Assembly: GCA_965242695.1 (NCBI GenBank)
Contig: CBDESU010000002.1
Span: 832,001 to 896,000 of the forward strand
DNA from: Cenarchaeum sp.
GTDB lineage: Archaea > Thermoproteota > Nitrososphaeria > Nitrososphaerales > Nitrosopumilaceae
DNA length: 64,000 nt
Direction of reading: 5' to 3'
Positions 61,561 through 64,000 of the stretch are shown here, piece by piece. Every line of letters starts with the position of its first letter. The first letter of the stretch is position 1. The position numbers and the translations under genes were made by a program. The notes under the pieces were generated by a model. That model worked only from the letters and a program-made list of their open reading frames with translations, did not search any database and was not told the origin of the DNA.

Positions 61561-62716
61561 CGGTGGCGCGGCCGCGGGGCTGCCTGCGCATGGCGACATG
61601 CACCGCAGGGGCAAGGCTCGTGCACGCGATGCGGCATGGGGGGCGAAGGCGCGCGCGGGCGCGCTATGGCGCACGCAAGCCGCAAGCCGCCCGTGAGCGC
61701 AAGCCGGATTGTTTATAGGGTGCGATTTTCCCTCCTTGCTGTGCAGGTGACACAAGAGCAGGAGGCCGGCCAGGCCGTGCGGCGGAGCGGACAGGGCAGC
61801 GGAGCTGCCACGGCTACTGTGGTTGACGGCAGGGCCGAGTTCAGGGAGATGTTTATCTCGCTCGTCGATCCGGCCGGCCTGCTCGACATGGACAGGTGCG
61901 GCAGGACGGCCGGCCTCATGGCGGATTCGGCGTCCCGGTCCGGCCACCGGGCGGGCGCCAGGATGGCGTCCCTCCTAGCCGGCATCTTTGCGGACATGGC
62001 CTACATCTCCGACAGGCCGGTCGAGGACGGTGCGCTGGGCCATACCCAAATCGGGTTTCGTCACATGATCGGCGTGCTGTACGACACAGCCGAGGCGTAC
62101 AGGGCCGGCGGGGATGCCGAGCCGGTGGGCGAGCTGAAGGAGGCAAGGGCGGCCATCGCAAAGCTCAGGCTCGAGGCCGATGCGTACCGCGAGTACGTGA
62201 GGGCCGCCGGCCCGCCCGGCGCCGGCCTCTCGGGGCTCGACAGGTGCTACATGGGCAGGCTCTGCCGGGACGTCGTAAGAAAGGCCCAGGAGGAGGTGCG
62301 CGAGCAGGAAAAGGCATGGGGGCACGATCCCATATTCCCGCCGGAGCCAAAGCCGATCGAGTCTCCGGACGACGGCCTCAACCTGTCGGGGCTCCAAACG
62401 ATGCAGCTGATGGAAGGCAACATCCCGGACGGGTACGAGCTGGTCAAGGTCGAAGAGCTAGACGAACTGCGGAGGCGGGCAGGCTGTGCATCCTGACGGT
62501 GGCGCGGCCGCGGGGCTGCCCGCGCCTGGCGACATGCGACACAGGGGAGGTCAAGGCGCACGAGCAGGCAAAGGCATGGGGGCACGATCCCATATTCCCG
62601 CCGGAGCCAAAGCCGATCGAGTCTCCGGACGACGGCCTCAACCTGTCGGGGCTCCAAACGATGCAGCTGATGGAAGGCAACATCCCGGACGGGTACGAGC
62701 TGGTCAAGGTTGAAGA
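60889..62716. repeat. Duplicated ~710-bp block (60889-61601, 61825-62537) plus third partial copy (~62561-62716)
   Basis: Near-identical sequence seen directly. Confidence 0.93.
61636..62496 (+). CDS. Hypothetical helical protein, copy B (start uncertain)
   Basis: C-terminal half identical to copy A. Confidence 0.55.
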   Translation: MGGEGARGRAMAHASRKPPVSASRIVYRVRFSLLAVQVTQEQEAGQAVRRSGQGSGAATATVVDGRAEFREMFISLVDPAGLLDMDRCGRTAGLMADSASRSGHRAGARMASLLAGIFADMAYISDRPVEDGALGHTQIGFRHMIGVLYDTAEAYRAGGDAEPVGELKEARAAIAKLRLEADAYREYVRAAGPPGAGLSGLDRCYMGRLCRDVVRKAQEEVREQEKAWGHDPIFPPEPKPIESPDDGLNLSGLQTMQLMEGNIPDGYELVKVEELDELRRRAGCAS

Positions 62717-63324
62717 TGTTGAAAAATAACGGTAAAAGGCCCTCCGTCTATCCCGAGAGCAGTGTGGTATTTGCGGCGCTCGTACCTACCGATGCCCACC
62801 ACCGGGATGTGGTCAAGATGATAGACGAGATACAGCGGAGAGGATTCCGCATAATTGTCTCGCCGCTGACCCTCATGGAGACGTTCGCATCGATCCGAAG
62901 AAAGTCCGCAACATCGAACATGTGCAGGCTGGGGAGCGAAGATGAGAGGGCGGGCGTGGAAGCTCACGTGCAGAACACCGTCAAGGATGCGCGTGGACGT
63001 TTGAGCAGGTTGGTCAAACAAGGCATCATAGAAATCGTAGAACCGGAGAATTGGTCGCCCGACCTCTTACTGCTGTACGCCAAGTTGCTCGAGCATGCGG
63101 GATATGTCCTGCCTGTGGACAAGGGCCGCCCCTTTAGGCACCGCGCGGTCGGGTCGTACGACTGGCTGCACTTCGCGCTGGCAAAGTACCTGGGTGCGGT
63201 CGCGATCCTCACGACCGACGTGGCGTTTGCCGACATTGCGGGCAACGACGACGAGTTCGGGCACATCCTGATACAGCTGGCGTCCGAGCCGCTCGTCGGC
63301 CCGCTTGCCGCCGGCGCCGCGTGA
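62716..63324 (+). CDS. PIN-domain (VapC-like) protein
   Basis: VYPESSV, D.HH, SPLTLMET, YDWLH.ALA, ILTTD..F. Confidence 0.8.
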   Translation: MLKNNGKRPSVYPESSVVFAALVPTDAHHRDVVKMIDEIQRRGFRIIVSPLTLMETFASIRRKSATSNMCRLGSEDERAGVEAHVQNTVKDARGRLSRLVKQGIIEIVEPENWSPDLLLLYAKLLEHAGYVLPVDKGRPFRHRAVGSYDWLHFALAKYLGAVAILTTDVAFADIAGNDDEFGHILIQLASEPLVGPLAAGAA

Positions 63325-63554
63325 GCCGGTGCGCAGCAGGGCGGGAATTGCATGCGCGGAGCCGGCGCCTACGAGCAGGCGGCACCGGCAGCGAGGCGCC
63401 CGGCGCAGGCCCCGCCAAGGCTTGGCCGTGCGCAGGCGCGCGCCTGCATGCCCCAGGGGCGGCGGCTGCAGGCGGCCGCCGGGTCGCGCCGGCCGCAGAC
63501 TGCGCAGGCGGGGGCGCGTCAAACGGATATACCGCGCCGCGCCGCGCGGGCGGC

Positions 63555-63935
63555 GTGTCCGGCGGCGAGATCAGGGTGCCCAAGGAGGCCCGCGAGTTCG
63601 TGCCCGTGTGGGCAGAGCCGACGATGCTCGGGGATCCGCGCGGCGCCGCCCGCCAGTACAGGCACGGCAACCTCCACATCCGAGAGTACGCCGACCACTA
63701 CACGGTCCACACCGACAGGGCGGATCCGCGGCGCGACCCCGTCGGGCACCTGATCCGCGATGCGCCCGAGGTCCTTGCGGGCCTGGCCGCCGGCGCGGCC
63801 GCCGGCGCGCTTGCGTACCTCAAGTCGCGCGCCTCCGGGCGCAGCCGGCGCTCGTCCGCCGCGGCCGGCGCGGCCGCGGCCCTCTCCGCCGGCGGCCTTG
63901 CCTACGAGGGCGCAAAGAGGCTCAAGGAGCGCTGA
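63555..63935 (+). CDS. Small hypothetical protein resembling a conserved archaeal family
   Basis: LGDP.GA.RQYR.GNLHIREY...Y.VH.DR.DPR.DP.GHL..DAPE, then two hydrophobic helices. Confidence 0.75.
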   Translation: MSGGEIRVPKEAREFVPVWAEPTMLGDPRGAARQYRHGNLHIREYADHYTVHTDRADPRRDPVGHLIRDAPEVLAGLAAGAAAGALAYLKSRASGRSRRSSAAAGAAAALSAGGLAYEGAKRLKER

Positions 63936-64000
63936 TCCGGCGCGGCCGTGTTGAAGCGAGGTGAGGGGCCGCCGCCTGGGCGCAAAGAGGCTCAAGGAGC

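Noticed and set aside
60889-62716. Diversity-generating retroelement template/variable repeats
   Set aside because: There is no reverse transcriptase in the window, and differences between the copies are not restricted to adenines.

Overview
GC-rich archaeal DNA whose gene content fits a Nitrosopumilaceae (Thaumarchaeota) genome. The taxon is inferred from gene content and order. The housekeeping backbone includes aIF2-gamma, cyclophilin, bluB, rtcA, NMN adenylyltransferase, a SlyD-like FKBP, egsA, a proteasome beta subunit with aCPSF1, sepF, the archaeal CoA cluster (coaBC, panB, PPS, PoK), PhoU, Lrp and an ABC exporter with a COG1361 protein. There are two tRNAs: Arg-CCT with a D-loop intron, and Val-GAC. 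Main accessory signals: (1) an ~8 kb island (43-51 kb) with two paralogous MORC-like GHKL ATPases that carry an AbiEi-like C-terminal domain; the first is split by an IS630 and overlaps (ATGA) an AbiEii-type nucleotidyltransferase, making a candidate undescribed ATPase-gated type IV toxin-antitoxin/defence system; (2) an IS110 element with inverted ends whose 5' non-coding region folds into a two-loop RNA matching its own target site and circle junction (candidate archaeal bridge RNA); (3) a 91-bp MITE with a TA duplication that splits a ~1,675-aa secreted HEXXH/FN3 protein in frame; (4) a ~250-residue Asp/Leu tail on the FKBP; (5) tandem TPR paralogs, HEPN-MNT and PIN toxin-antitoxin modules, HTH-only IS630 relics and recurrent 70-79 bp duplications. 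All family assignments come from motif recognition by eye; no searches or folding programs were run.
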